In this document: positions 38,014 to 50,922 of the stretch, piece by piece | How positions within the stretch are numbered: position 1 is the stretch's first letter | Layout of the letters: every line of letters starts with the position of its first letter | Source of the DNA: Ascidiella aspersa | Lineage: Eukaryota | Assembly (NCBI GenBank): GCA_963924565.1 | Contig: OZ004615.1 | Span: forward strand, 14,880,001-14,944,000 | DNA length: 64,000 nucleotides | Direction: 5' to 3' | Translations under genes and position numbers: made by a program | Notes under the pieces: model-generated | The model's database searches: none | The model's input: the letters and a program-made list of their open reading frames with translations, nothing else | Told to the model about the DNA's origin: nothing

Positions 38014-40464
38014 TGCTACACCATCCGAATATTGTGACGTCACGATGAACTCATGATGTGACTTTCTTAACTGTCAGGCAATACATATACACATTACAAT
38101 GGCCAACCAAAATCTGTGCGAACACCATTCCGACGCCATACACCACACAGTATATTGGTTATATCTTGGAATACTAATTACTTAGTAGTCTGTGGTTAGA
38201 CAAGTTCGCCCGTATATGCGACATCGCCTCCTAACGGCGCCCGTATATGCGACCTACACTTTTTGTCGAATGGCGACGAAGGGTAACCAATGGAATGTAG
38301 AAGGAGACTGTTTCTCCACGAAGGCAATGTGTCAAGCAAATTTAACTCAATCGTTTACATTTTCAGAATCAAGCCACCAACTTTTTGGGAAGCCATCTGG
38401 ATTTAGACTGCGTCACAAAGTTACGTCATAAATCAAATAGTCAACAAAACATCTATTTCAAGTAAACTTGTGCTCAAAACGCTGTTTAAAGCCATTCTAA
38501 TCGCGCGAAGCGCTAAAAATTTAGTTTATTTGGTTTAAATTAGATGAACTTTTATTTTAAAGGGACACGTGATGGGATAGGCTATAAAAACTGAGATTCT
38601 CATATTGCTCGAAATAACGGGATTGGTGGTCTTAATAAGCACATAATTGCAATTCGTCGGTTATTATAGTCACACAGCGCAACACGCCAAAGTGCGCATA
38701 GCGCTTTTGGGTTGAATAGATTTCTTTAAAGGGCCAAAAAGTTGGAAAAACAGATAGAAGATTTTTTTTTATATTGAACAATAAATTTGTTGCGTGTGGG
38801 CAAACCTAATGATGCGTTTTATGACGTGACAAACTTATTTTTATCGCTGGCTTGGAATAGAAGGCTAACATTATTAAACTCTTTCTACTTAAAAGTAAGA
38901 GAAAAAGGTGCACCGCTACATTTGTTCGGACTTATTTATTACCGAACTGGTCGATCGTGAGTCTTTAATTTTTTTCAGTCGACCGCTATCAAACATAAGT
39001 TGGCTACCTCTGAGTTACTTCATTATTGTATCTTTATGTTCTTTGACGCCCATCACATTAATTATATGTTAAGCGGTCTTTGTAAAGCATTGTATTGGTT
39101 ATGTAGCTCAACACAAGGAAATGAAATCACCCAGTATCGCTTCCGCAGACGCCGAACAGACGTCGAGCAGTACAATGAAGACAACAGGTGCTATCGAGTA
39201 TGCTTATTTACGAGGGGCCCTAAATGGTTTACGATGCGCTTTTAGTGTCGCCTGAAACAGTTAAAACAGTGGTTCTCAACCTTTTTGTACCTGTGGCCCC
39301 TTTTTGATGCCTTTAAATAGTCGTTTAGGCTATACTGAAAATTTACATAACGTTGTTACAAAGTTATAATAAAGCGTGACGTCATAAAGAAATAACCTTA
39401 AGAACACGGCACAGTTCGTTTTCTTTGTTAAAATATTAAGGTTTAATTCCAATACGAAATCTAGCCTGCATTACAAGGGTGTTATTGATTCAAGCACAGA
39501 AAAAACACTACTATATCGTATAAGATGCCAAGCTTTTGAGTAGCTTCAGTTAAGTCGTTTTAGGCGCATGTTTAGTTTATTTAAAAAGAGACCATAATTC
39601 TACCGTTTTTCGACAGAGGATTGGCCTTCTCAGACAAGCAAAATTTATACACCTAAGACTATGTCTTTTCACAAAAAACTATAGACAATTACAAAAAACG
39701 TACGAGCCATCATCATTCTTCCCTAGACTAGAGCTTTTCAGCCTTTTTGAGGCACAGAACACTTTATGCAGTAAAGTAACTTTTTTATTACCAAACAAAA
39801 GTTTAAAATAATGCGACAAAATAAACATCATTGCACCAGTTAATTAATTTCTTAGTGTTTCGTAGTGCGATGTCTGGGTATGTTCGAATGAGCACAAAAT
39901 TGATATTTTTTGAAACGGAGAATTGATTAGCCCGGGCGTTATATTTTAGACACTTGTTATCTCAATAAACATTTTTGGCTTTATGTGCGATGCTATCCCT
40001 AATAGTCTCTTTGTTTTTTGATTGATTCGTCCACAATTACTCTGTTTTCATCTATAGCGGTCGGAGAACCGTTACACTACACGCGGACATAGCTTTACAA
40101 ACTATTAATGTCAAATGATTTTTTAATATACACAACCTGCACCTGCTGTTAATGCATCAGTGCCTTTTTTAATTGGGTCCGTCTAAATTAATATTTTTTT
40201 CTGTCGACCAGATGGCTGATTTGACCTACTGGAATATTCGGCGTAGAAAAGAAGGAACTGAGTACCTTCAATTTTAACACGTCATTACCGGTCTTGCGGT
40301 ACCGGTATTGTTTCTGGAGCCTCTGACAAAAAGAAGAAGATTACTTTGAAATCAACCCGCTGAGAGCCAGACCTGTATCGGCGTTCTTTTCCACTCCGAA
40401 AAGGTGATTAGGCCTACATCAAGTGTTTTGACTAGTTTTTTTGACTATTGCCGTCGAAGTTAAG

Positions 40465-43400
40465 ATGAGATTCCCATTTGCAATCTTTCTGGTGTCCTTT
40501 CTTTTCGCTGCCAATCAAAGTGATGCATGTAAGTTTTGGAAGACATGCATTGATGTTAAATAACCACGTTAATGAAAATCGTTCTATTTAGTATGTGTTA
40601 AGTTTTATTTAGCATGTCAAACGATAAAATCGATGCAACAGTATATAGCGGTCCATTTTTACTGGTAAATTATTTACTGTGATAACATTCCATATTTAAC
40701 ACCGCTTTCGTTCATTTGCAAGTTTCTCAAAGCATGTAAACGTAACAGAAAAAGTTCTCATAAACAAATCTAATAAAACAAGAACAAATTCTTGTTAAAA
40801 CGTTAAAAACATTGCCGCGATTGGGTATGGGTATTGAAATCTTTTTTCTGCCGGATGAAACCCAATTACACCCTCAATTCATATCAGGTGTGGCGTCGTT
40901 GGAATGGTGAGATCGATACCTATGCAAAAACTTTTTTTGGTCGGTGTTGCGCGATATTGCGTCTATTAAATTATATGAATACTTAAAACTTACATATTTT
41001 TTATTGTTTAAAAAGGTACTCTTGACAAAAGCAGCGTTTAAAACCTAGTTTAAATCTAAATAACATGGAGCAATCTAGAGAAGTTTAAAACTGCCGCGAT
41101 CACTTGTGAAAATAAATGTCGCTTTTCGCAGGCTTGCACCCTTATCTCCATATATCTTTTATCAAGTGTGGCATTGTTGTAAAGGTTTTTTTCTTGCACT
41201 ACCAATTATTATCATGAGAAATTTGTTTTTTTATTAATTATTCCTACAACACTGAAAGCCATTGCAGATTCAACGTTCGTTGATCGAATCTGTCGATCAT
41301 TGATGCAAGCAGGGCAGACTAGAAAAACAACTAGAATGCAGTGAGGTTCGAACTCAAGACCTCCGGTCAAGCCGGGACCGTCGCTCTACCAATTGAGCTA
41401 TGCAGGCTCAGAAGGGAACGAGTCGAGAAACAACCATTCGCCAATGCTTGATCACGCTGTTAGTACAAGCAACTTCATATTGAAGGGGATCCACAGTACC
41501 ATATCATTCTGCATAGCTCGGTGAATCTGCAATGGCTTTCAGTGCACTATTGATATGTAAGCCGTAATCGTTGGTCAAAAAGCAGCTTCAGAAAGGCTAC
41601 AGTTGTTAACACTCATATGTGTGTACATATGTTTCATTGTTATTCCTACAACTGTTTATTTTTGTGTGTAAATTATCCTAGCCTATGGGTAAAAAAACAT
41701 TCACATTTTTTAGATACACTGACTTGCGGTTCATCGGTAACATTAACGTAAGTACTACTTGTGATAGTTGTAATACTTTAAATTGTATTCTAGTCATAAA
41801 ATTTAGTTCGCAGATAAACCGTCTGTATAATTTTTCTTCACGAAGCTAACGAATAAAATACGCACATTTTAACGAACCATTTTTTAATTAAAGGTCGTAT
41901 GTTTTTTGTTTCAATGAAAGAAAGGCACTGCATACACAAGATTCTCAACACTGGCATTGATCTCTAGTTACACAACTTTGCAACTGATATTCTTTTTTAG
42001 ACTGGATGCGGCCGATCTGGTAAATTTGGGTACGACGAATGCAGCCAGGCGTTTTGTGGTCGCCCAGACCCAAGTGCTTTTCGGCGCCTTTAACCCAACG
42101 GACACTTGCTCCATTGACCAGGCTGATAGCATCACTTTTATGGCGTCCGAATGTTTCCCAAGCATTACTGTAAGTTAAGGGTATTTCACCTTTGAAAACC
42201 AGGGAGTTGGCTATATGGAATGCGAAACATCATGGAAATTTAGTCGACTCGCGCTTTGTTAAAAAACTCGGAAAATTAGACATGCCTTTTGTATTTCTAA
42301 TAGCTTAAATGTTTGCTTTCGTCTTATGTCTAAATCAGGGCCTACTTTCTATATTTTAAAGCCAAGACCAATATCTGAAATGCTAAATCTAACTTAAAAA
42401 ATGTCAATCTGTGTATGCGTTCAATATTTAAATCTCTGGAGTGAAAAACCAAGCAGCAATGCGACAATTACCACTTGCATTCATTCGCAGAGAGGAGCTA
42501 ACTTTGCCTTTACTTGGACGCTCTGGAAGGTTGTGGCCGACACAGACTTTCCAGAATCGATTGCGCGATACATCGATTCTTCGCTAGCCTTCACGTGCAA
42601 TTTTCCTCTTGAGACAGAGATTAGCGTTTCTATCCAACCCACTATCCGGTATGTGTAATGGAAGTAAAACAAACCTTTTCTGGATGCGTTGGTTTTTGTA
42701 CATTTTTCGAATGATTTTTTTGCACTTTAATGGAATTTTTTAACGCCTGTTGAGTTTGATTTCCTTAAAATGCAAACGTCGTTGTTTTTGCAACGTGGAC
42801 TAAATTAACCTAAAAAAATGTCGCAGTTGTCATAGATAAAATCTTAATACACATACGTCTGGCAGGATTTTGGTTTTACAAAATATAGTAAGATGTAATT
42901 TTTTTCACAGATCTACAGCCTTTGTTACGCAAGCCAGTGGAACTTTCACAATTACTGGCGGACTTTGCAACGACGACTTTACAATTCCGTTGGGTACAAA
43001 TTTGATAACTGTCCCTGATTACGTGAACATTCAGATCACGTTGGAAGGTGTTGGACCGTCTCTGCGTATTCGAGTGAGTTCATGTTTCAAATCATCTGGT
43101 AAAGAAACAGGATACCTTTTTAAGAGAAACGTTTTTGTTTTTAAATAAGATACATTGCGTAGGTAGCATTTTTATATGTTCGGTGGTACTCTTATGATAA
43201 GAATTTACGTCTACGTGTTATTGAGCGGCACCAATAACTTCCCTATGGTTGTACTTTGATTAAATCCTTATTTGGCTGTAGATAAAAAGATCTGCAGGAG
43301 TAACAATTAAAAAGATTGCTAGCCAGATGAATTTCACAGCTGGGTTTACGTCTGCGTTCTAGCGCGTTACATGATTGTTGTATTTCGTTTCAGGGAAAGA

Positions 43401-46400
43401 ACTGTTGGGTTGACAAGTCAGTCGAACTAAATACGACCTCCACGCCACGTTACAACATTATCACAAACTAGTAGGTTTATATTAGTTTAATTTTTATCCA
43501 ATAATGAAAGGCAGAAGCTATACAAGGTGGTTCTATATTTTACAGATAATGCTAACCAAAAGTTGCAAACTATTTTCCAACTTTGTTTCTTACGGCGATG
43601 TAAGCGACTGATTTTTTTTATGTTTTTCTTGATGTGTTAATTGTTCAGCACCTTTATTTGGAAAATATAGTCATGTGGCAATTTATCTATACTGCTAAGT
43701 ATCGTACTAATTGTACAGCATCATAAGAACTTCAAAATCATCTCCTTCAATTTTTTTCAAACTATTAAATATAGGCTTTTTTGTTTCGCAGAAAAACTTT
43801 TTTCTTCAGTTTGTTGGTGTAACCATAACTGTATACTTTTCATGACACACTATAACAGATGTCATAGTACTAATTCGTAAGTAAAAACAGCGCTGGTGAA
43901 CATTCTTTTAAGCGATCTTATTTAAATTTAGTTAATTTTTAATAATTTAAATTTTACTACATTTTGTGACCCTTGTGTTTAATAGAATTGTATTAAATGG
44001 AGTCAACATACATACGAAACAATTATAAAGACGTAAAACGGTATGAAGCCAGCGACACAAAAGGGGCTCAAACGTTTAGTTTGAATATTTCTTGGTTCTA
44101 TTAGCAAATAAAACCTATTACAACCTGCCGAAACCTTTCGGAGTTTAGTTTTAGCCCCTGGGTAAAAACGGTTGCCGAATGCGGACCCCTGATTTATAAC
44201 AAGAAACGTGCTAACAACTTTAACAAAAGTATCCAGAAAAATATAATGCTTAACACGTTATAATACAGTGATCAATAGTTTGTTTTGGCTACCAATTCAA
44301 AATGCTAATACAAAAATCTAACGATTTTCCACATATTACAGAAAATAATGAGAGTAACAAAACAGTCTTTTCGACCAAGTCGATTAGATAAAGTTATGGC
44401 GTCGTTTAGGTAACAGTAACGTCATTCTATATATAATTTTCAGGTTTGTCAGATAACAGGTTGCACCAAAACAATGCATTCCATATCGGGTGCCAATTTG
44501 ATTTAAAATCAGATGGGAATGTATCACATGTTGCAAACCGTGTTTGAAATTCTTTCGACTTAAATCACGAGTTTTTAGGGCTTAGGCTAACCCTTCGTTG
44601 ATTTGCATTAAGCTGTGAAAGTACTCCACTCACGGGCGAGACCATCAATGTCGAGCGACAAGTAGTCAAGAACGAAGTCGACGAAGAGTTTCAGATTCGA
44701 TTCAACACGTTCGTTTTCGCAGACGACCTTCATCCGACTACTCAATATTATGTGCATTGTCAGGTGGAGGTCTGCGACAACGACGGGGGTGATTGCCTAG
44801 CAGTAAGTGAAAAAGCTTTGTCACGAATTTACCTAATATTGCTCGAGGTTGGATTTTTATGTGTATGGCATATGGTATATAGATTTTTGTTACCAACTTT
44901 TCTACATGTGTTAAAAGTATACACATGTCATTGTTTGTTGGTAATTCCTAGTGTTTCTGTTCAAGCTCTACCATTCATTTATTTAGTGCAGAGGTACTAT
45001 TCTCACCTTACTAAATGTACTTTAGTTGTTGTAACAAAGCAAACAATATTTATTTTTAGAGGCGTGCTGCCCAACGTTTTCTTCTGTAAACAATTGTCGC
45101 CTTTGACCCTATAAATACCGCCATTGCAATACACTTCCAATAAGACAGTCTATGTAACGATCGCTTGTTACTATTTTGTCATATTAGACCGGTGGCTGCA
45201 AAAAGAGGAAGAGGCGAAGTGTTGTGTCGGAATTACCTACGGAAGCTGAAGTTCACCACGTTACAGTTGGACCCATCCAATTTATACCTGTTGATCACTG
45301 CGATAACGTAAGGAAATAATGAGTTCTTGCAATTTACCTAACATTTTTTTCTTGCAAGTTACCTGAAACCTCATTTCCACCAAACTCCGTTTCCCAATGC
45401 CTTTTCCGAGTCGGAATATCGGACCCACCAGTCGCTACAAGTTGTTGTTGTTGTTTTTATCTCGCGTCTGTAGAATGTAATGCACCAAAATCCTATGTTT
45501 TGGTGAAAAAGATAGCTTTATATAATAATAACGATTTTTTAATGGTCCTTTATCAAATGTGATACTACCAGCTTAATATGCGCTATTTTATTTATTATTA
45601 GCTGATTATGTTTTCAACCGCGATATATAGGCCTATGTTTATTTTTAGAAAAACGGTGGATGCGAGGAAGTGTGTGTAATAGATAAAGACGAACTCGGTC
45701 AGTGTTACTGCGGCAAAGGAGAGACACTTGCTAGCAATGGAAAAGATTGTATCGGTATGTGCAATATTATGAAATTTCAAGGGTGTAACTGAAACTGCAG
45801 TAACCGAAGATTTAAAATAGAAATTAAATATTTGCAACATGTGTAATAGAACAATTTTTATTCGACCCAAATGATAGTTCTTTCTTTATATTGCCAAAAA
45901 CTTCGATCCTAAAATATAACATGATGCAGACACTTCTGTTTAATTTGCACACGGTGTTTAGGAATTCCAAAGTCGGTCGAATATTTGTGCTTATATATGT
46001 GTTGGGCAAAGTTGTACGATGGGTAATCGTCAATTTTTATTAATTGTTACATAGTAATACTCCCTAAAATGCACTGTTTAAACAGCTTTCAAAGATCGTT
46101 TGGGCGTAAATTGAAACCATACGTTTCTTTAATACATATAGTGATATAACTTGTAATTAATAATAGACAAATGGTTTCAACGCAAATAGTGCCTTGATTT
46201 AGCACGCATATCAAGTCATTTAAAATCCAATTACGGTGTTATAATTCAACTATATTAGGATTTTAGGCATGCAAAATTATGTGTAAATACGACATCTAGT
46301 TTTTTATAAGGTTCTATAGAAAATTTGTCTCTTTACGAAAACTAGAAAATTTTGTACTTTCTTTTAAACTTTAATCTATCCATTCTTTCTGTGTAGGCTA

Positions 46401-46708
46401 ATTCAGAGTCGTAATCTCTATAACATGCGGGAAACAAGACATTCATTTTTAGAATTTTGTTTTTTATTCGGTAAACCACGGCAAACAGTTTAGGTAATCG
46501 ATTTATTTTTTTAGAAAACGAAGTACTACAGGGCGATACAGTGGTAGAGATTGACCCCAGAAGCAACAGCAATATCCTCAACCAGACTAGCAGCATAACT
46601 GCGATCTATTACATAGCTGGTATGGCCGCCCTATGTTTTACAATGCTTGTCGTTGCAATTGTTTTGTTTATCAACAGCAACAGGGGATCATATCGATTTA
46701 GCACCTAA
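40465..46708 (+). CDS. ZP-domain membrane protein (signal peptide, ZP-N/ZP-C, furin site, EHP, EGF-like, TM, short tail), 10 exons, 424 aa
   Basis: Exons 40465-40528, 41714-41747, 42001-42169, 42491-42648, 42911-43073, 43394-43470, 44613-44802, 45188-45307, 45649-45754, 46515-46708; 1275 nt in frame. Signal peptide MRFPFAIFLVSFLFAANQSDA; ZP-type motifs FTCNFP, KNCWV, YNIITNYC, FNTFVF, YVHCQVEVC; furin site CKKRKRRS; EHP-like VTVGPIQF; EGF DHCDNKNGGCEEVC..CYCGKGETLASNGKDC; TM AIYYIAGMAALCFTMLVVAIVLFI. Confidence 0.88.
41238..41652 (-). mobile_element. tRNA-like element, copy 2, inside nested inverted repeats and 13-bp direct repeats (intron 1 of the ZP gene)
   Basis: tRNA-like part 41407-41334 (A box TAGCTCAATTGG, B box GAGTTCGAACC). 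23-bp inverted repeat 41250-41272 / 41522-41544. Direct repeat ttattcctacaac at 41238-41250 and 41640-41652. Confidence 0.8.
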
Positions 46709-48229
46709 ATTGCTAACTTGTACATGTACTTCTGTTATTATTTTGTTTGGTGGCTAAAATTAACAGAAAAATTTAAATATTCAATTACCATGATTTAGGT
46801 CTCTAATAACTTATATAAAATGAACGATATGACCAAGACGTAAAGCACATTTTCCGTTTTAATATACGTATAATTATCAAAATGTACACTGTCTAATTGC
46901 GTCATGATTTTTCGTATTTCTGTCTTATTTATTCAAGACCTGTGCTGATGTGACATGTTCGACAAGACAAGTATAACAATTTCGCTTCTCAAAACATTTC
47001 CTACACAGAATTTGATTTACGTTCGAACTTCATGAGACATTAGTTAAAAATCTTCTTTCGGTCTGGAACAAAAATAAGTTAATTGGCGATCGCGAAAGGC
47101 TTTTGTCTTATTTTTAATATAAAAAACTTTATATTTAAAGTCCGAATCAAGTGTAAGCATTTAGCGGCTAGTTTTAATTCACGAGGCATAGGCTATTTGA
47201 AGACTCATTCTAGAATGTCATTTAACTAGACCGAAAGGCAACTAGTATATGTAAAATACAGATAATAACTATTATTTTGTGGTGATAGCATACGAACGAG
47301 AAAACGATAGTTATTCTAAAAAATATTTTTTTTGTCAAATTTTCTTAGTAAATCTATCGTTCATTGACGAAATTAAGTTAAGATCGTCCTAACGAATGCG
47401 CCCTAAAATTTATTAAAAACTAGAATCTTAGTGCACGCACCATTCTAAATTTCGACGTACAAAAAAATGTTTTAATGAGATCACCATTAGAGAAACCCAA
47501 TATAATTTGAAATATCTCTAGGCCATGAGCGTTAGAAACGGTACCCCGTCACCCTGGTTTGGAACCATTAAAATCGAACAAATTTCAGTTTTAAGGATTG
47601 TAACACAAATGTCGACATCGCGATGGATCATCAAGATCTAATGCTTTATAATGCAGTTGATAGGCATTGTTAACAGAACCGCAAATTTTATTCGATTTGC
47701 AATTTGAAACGGAATATCACAATTTGCATCCGCGCAAATCATAATAGCATAGACGACGCTTGTTAAAAACAAACCGTTCTGTTATATTTATATTTACAAG
47801 TTTATCACCAAAAGGCTATATTGCAAGCTTGTTTTGCTCTGTCGTAAGAATGTGGACTTTTGTAAATCTAGTCTATAAGCCGTAATTCCTTTTTATTTTA
47901 AGGTTAAGTAATTGAGACATTTTTATACAAGGTAAATTATGTTTTGGAGTTTAACCCAGTGTTCGCCCAAGTACAGCAAAACGGTAAAACAAAGCAATCA
48001 AAAGAACATGAAATCCAGCCGTTTAAAAGTACGAATTATTTCTCAGCCTTGTCTTTATCGGTCTGTTTTTTCCAAATTACATTTTTAATAAAAATTTCAG
48101 AAAAAACAATCTTGTCTCATTTTTCAATACTTTTTAAATTGCTTTGTTGAAAATTCTACGTTTTAAATGTTAACGACCTTGATGTGATGAAATTGTCATT
48201 TTGTGGTAAATTTGTTTCTCTATATAGAT

Positions 48230-49278
48230 CAGTGGTTCTAAACCGCCGCTCCGAAAGCCGCATGTGGCGCTTTACCACCTTTTTAGCGGCTTCTGTTAGG
48301 ATTCCCAAAAATATCATTGCCTTTTAAAAATATTTAATATTCAATTTACACTTTAATCCTTAAAAAATTCAGATACCATGTTTTACTTTAGAACAGTCCA
48401 TGAGTCTATTACCCTGATTCCAAAATCAGTACAGCACATTTCGGCAATAGTTTGTGATAAGCAAAATGTCGATTTTATCGATTATGATTTCCTTAGTTGT
48501 TTTGTTCGAAGTAGTCTAATACTCCGAAGTTTTAGATTGAAATTGTTCTCTAAAAGGCAACTTGCTAACTGAGAGTCTAAACCGATATTTGAGAAACTAT
48601 CGTGTTGTTTTTTCAATAATGGAAATCTGACAATTTGTCACGGTTATTTCCGTAGCCGTGCTTACGTTGAATTTTTAAATTGTAGTTTGTTTTCAAGTGT
48701 CTCTCGAACTTGTCTGGTTTTAGTGCAGTAGGTGCTCACACTTACAGACGGAACAAAAAACACACTTCGGTTTCTATTTTCATCTGACGGTATCACACGA
48801 GAACCAAATATGAAATATAAATCGTTATATTTCACTTTTTAAAGGCATAGGCCTACTGAAATGATATACAGTATATCGCAGTAATGTAACTTTAAATAAA
48901 CCTGAAATTAAATTACCGCTACAATTAAAATTAGGAGTTAGTGGAGCACATTTGTTGCGTACAACAAAACAAGGACTTTGTAATTGGTCTTGATTTTCCT
49001 CGATAAAACCTATAACTGAATAGGAACATATCAACGACTGTGACAGAACAACGGACGTATGTTGCGTCGGTAAGCCATGTCACAACTAAACTTTTTGCTT
49101 TCGCTTTTGAGCTCGTAACTGTAAAACTGTGTAAGAAATACATTTCAGCCAATTCTGATGTTACTCGAATTGGTGCATACGTCGACATTGAAGCGTGTTT
49201 TACATTTGACTTCTAGCCTCGATTAAGAGAATAATTAACTCAGCGTTTCCTTCGCGGATCCCAGGTTGAGAGCCACTG
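48230..49278. mobile_element. hAT-type ends between the ZP gene and ass1 (one old element or two fragments)
   Basis: cagtggttctaaacc at 48230 and ggttgagagccactg ending 49278; the flanking 8-mers do not match. Confidence 0.45.
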
Positions 49279-50922
49279 GTCTATAATGTTACAAACTTAT
49301 CATTGACACGCTTCAAAAATATCAATAAAAGTACTAAGAAGATTATGTGTGATAAAATCGACATTTTACTCTTCATAAATGTTTCGGCAATATCTTATGT
49401 TATAATCGGTGTAAGAATTCCAGTGAAGATAAAAACGATTAAACACCAATGAAAAAAATGGACAAAAATAACAAGGTGATGTTATAGACCAGTTAGCACC
49501 ACTAGGTGTTAAAGAGATATGAGTAATATAGACGAAATCTGTAATGTCAATACTCAAGTTTAATTTTACCATAGGAGTAGGATTGGCAAGCAGGTGTGTA
49601 CAAACCTCCGATTTAGGCGAAGACTGGTGTTTACATTTCTTCACGTTTGTGGAAAGAGGCAGGCCATACCCCATATATTGTATTTCTTTGGCGCAAACCT
49701 TTTTCTGTGCTCAATATATTTTTACTCGTTTTGCGGTTCAATTTATTCCAAAGATGCTATGCAAGCTATGACATATTCTGTAGAGTCAGTTTATAAACCG
49801 CACAAAGCCCAATTTATGTTAAATTAGAATATAAATGCCGTCATATCGATCAATATGCAAATCTCCTTTATTTGATCTCCTTATACATTTACGTTTCCTC
49901 AAAGTCCCATTTACGTATTTTTTTGCCAATTTAAACCTTATAAACAACTTTTTTGTGCGCTTTGCATTGCAGACTTGTTTCAGTTACATTTGCACACGAG
50001 CTTGTTCCAGAATAGAAGGTGTTCCTAATCTTAATTTTTAGTGACACAACGTTATTGCGTAAATTACGTCACACCGGGAACTATTCATACCACCTGGCAA
50101 ATAAAAATCGTTGATTGATCCACCTTGGCACAGAATATCACGCGATGTCAAAAACAACTTTCCAAAAAAGTTTGCTTTCTTCAGCGAGAAAATAGGATAT
50201 TTCAGAGTAAATAGAAAGAGAAATATTTCTAAACTAAAATGGAATAAGGTGATTGCCTAAAATGGACAAAATAGCTTATTTGTTAAAATTTATTTTTTGT
50301 AAACTGCGTGACCTTTCTGAGGCTGGCTATTTAATCGATTGTTAAAATTTAGCTGGGATTCTAACTATAAGCTTTAGAAACCACTAATTAAGACACATCT
50401 TTAAACATGATGTGTGGATATTGTTTTGTTTCTTTTTGTTTTATGCAAACAGTAAAAAACTCACATTATTTAAAAATAAAATTTACTATTACTTAACCTT
50501 TTCAGTGACAACATATCAGTGTGTCTATATAAAAAAGTGTCCAGCTAAAACATTGTATACCATTTTTTCCAAAACAAAACATTTTCATAGCGCATATCAT
50601 AACTGTTGCCTAAGACTAAAATAAAGTAACAAAATACGCGCTAGCCTCGCAGTTAGATTTTTTTTGATAAACTTTCTTTTCCCTTGATAAATGCAAATGT
50701 GTTGCCTCTAGTTGTAACTAACTTCATGAATTATATTGCGAAATGTTTTGTGACGTAAACTCTTTTAATCATTTCATTGCACACGAGAATTGTTTAAATA
50801 CACCAAAGCATTGGAAACGGGAGAATTTCCAGCCGTTGTAGTTTGAGAGATGGCTCGTATGTTTTATTTTTGAGCGGTGGTCATATTTTACACAAGAATC
50901 AAAGTGACATATTGCACGCGCC

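Noticed and set aside
38270-40410. Exon-like GC-richer patches upstream of the ZP gene
   Set aside because: I could not assemble an open spliced frame or recognise a product; they may be UTR exons or decayed sequence.
41334-41407. Functional tRNA gene
   Set aside because: The outer acceptor stem is unpaired, the anticodon arm is offset with no U33, and the flanks are shared with another diverged copy, which indicates a repeat.
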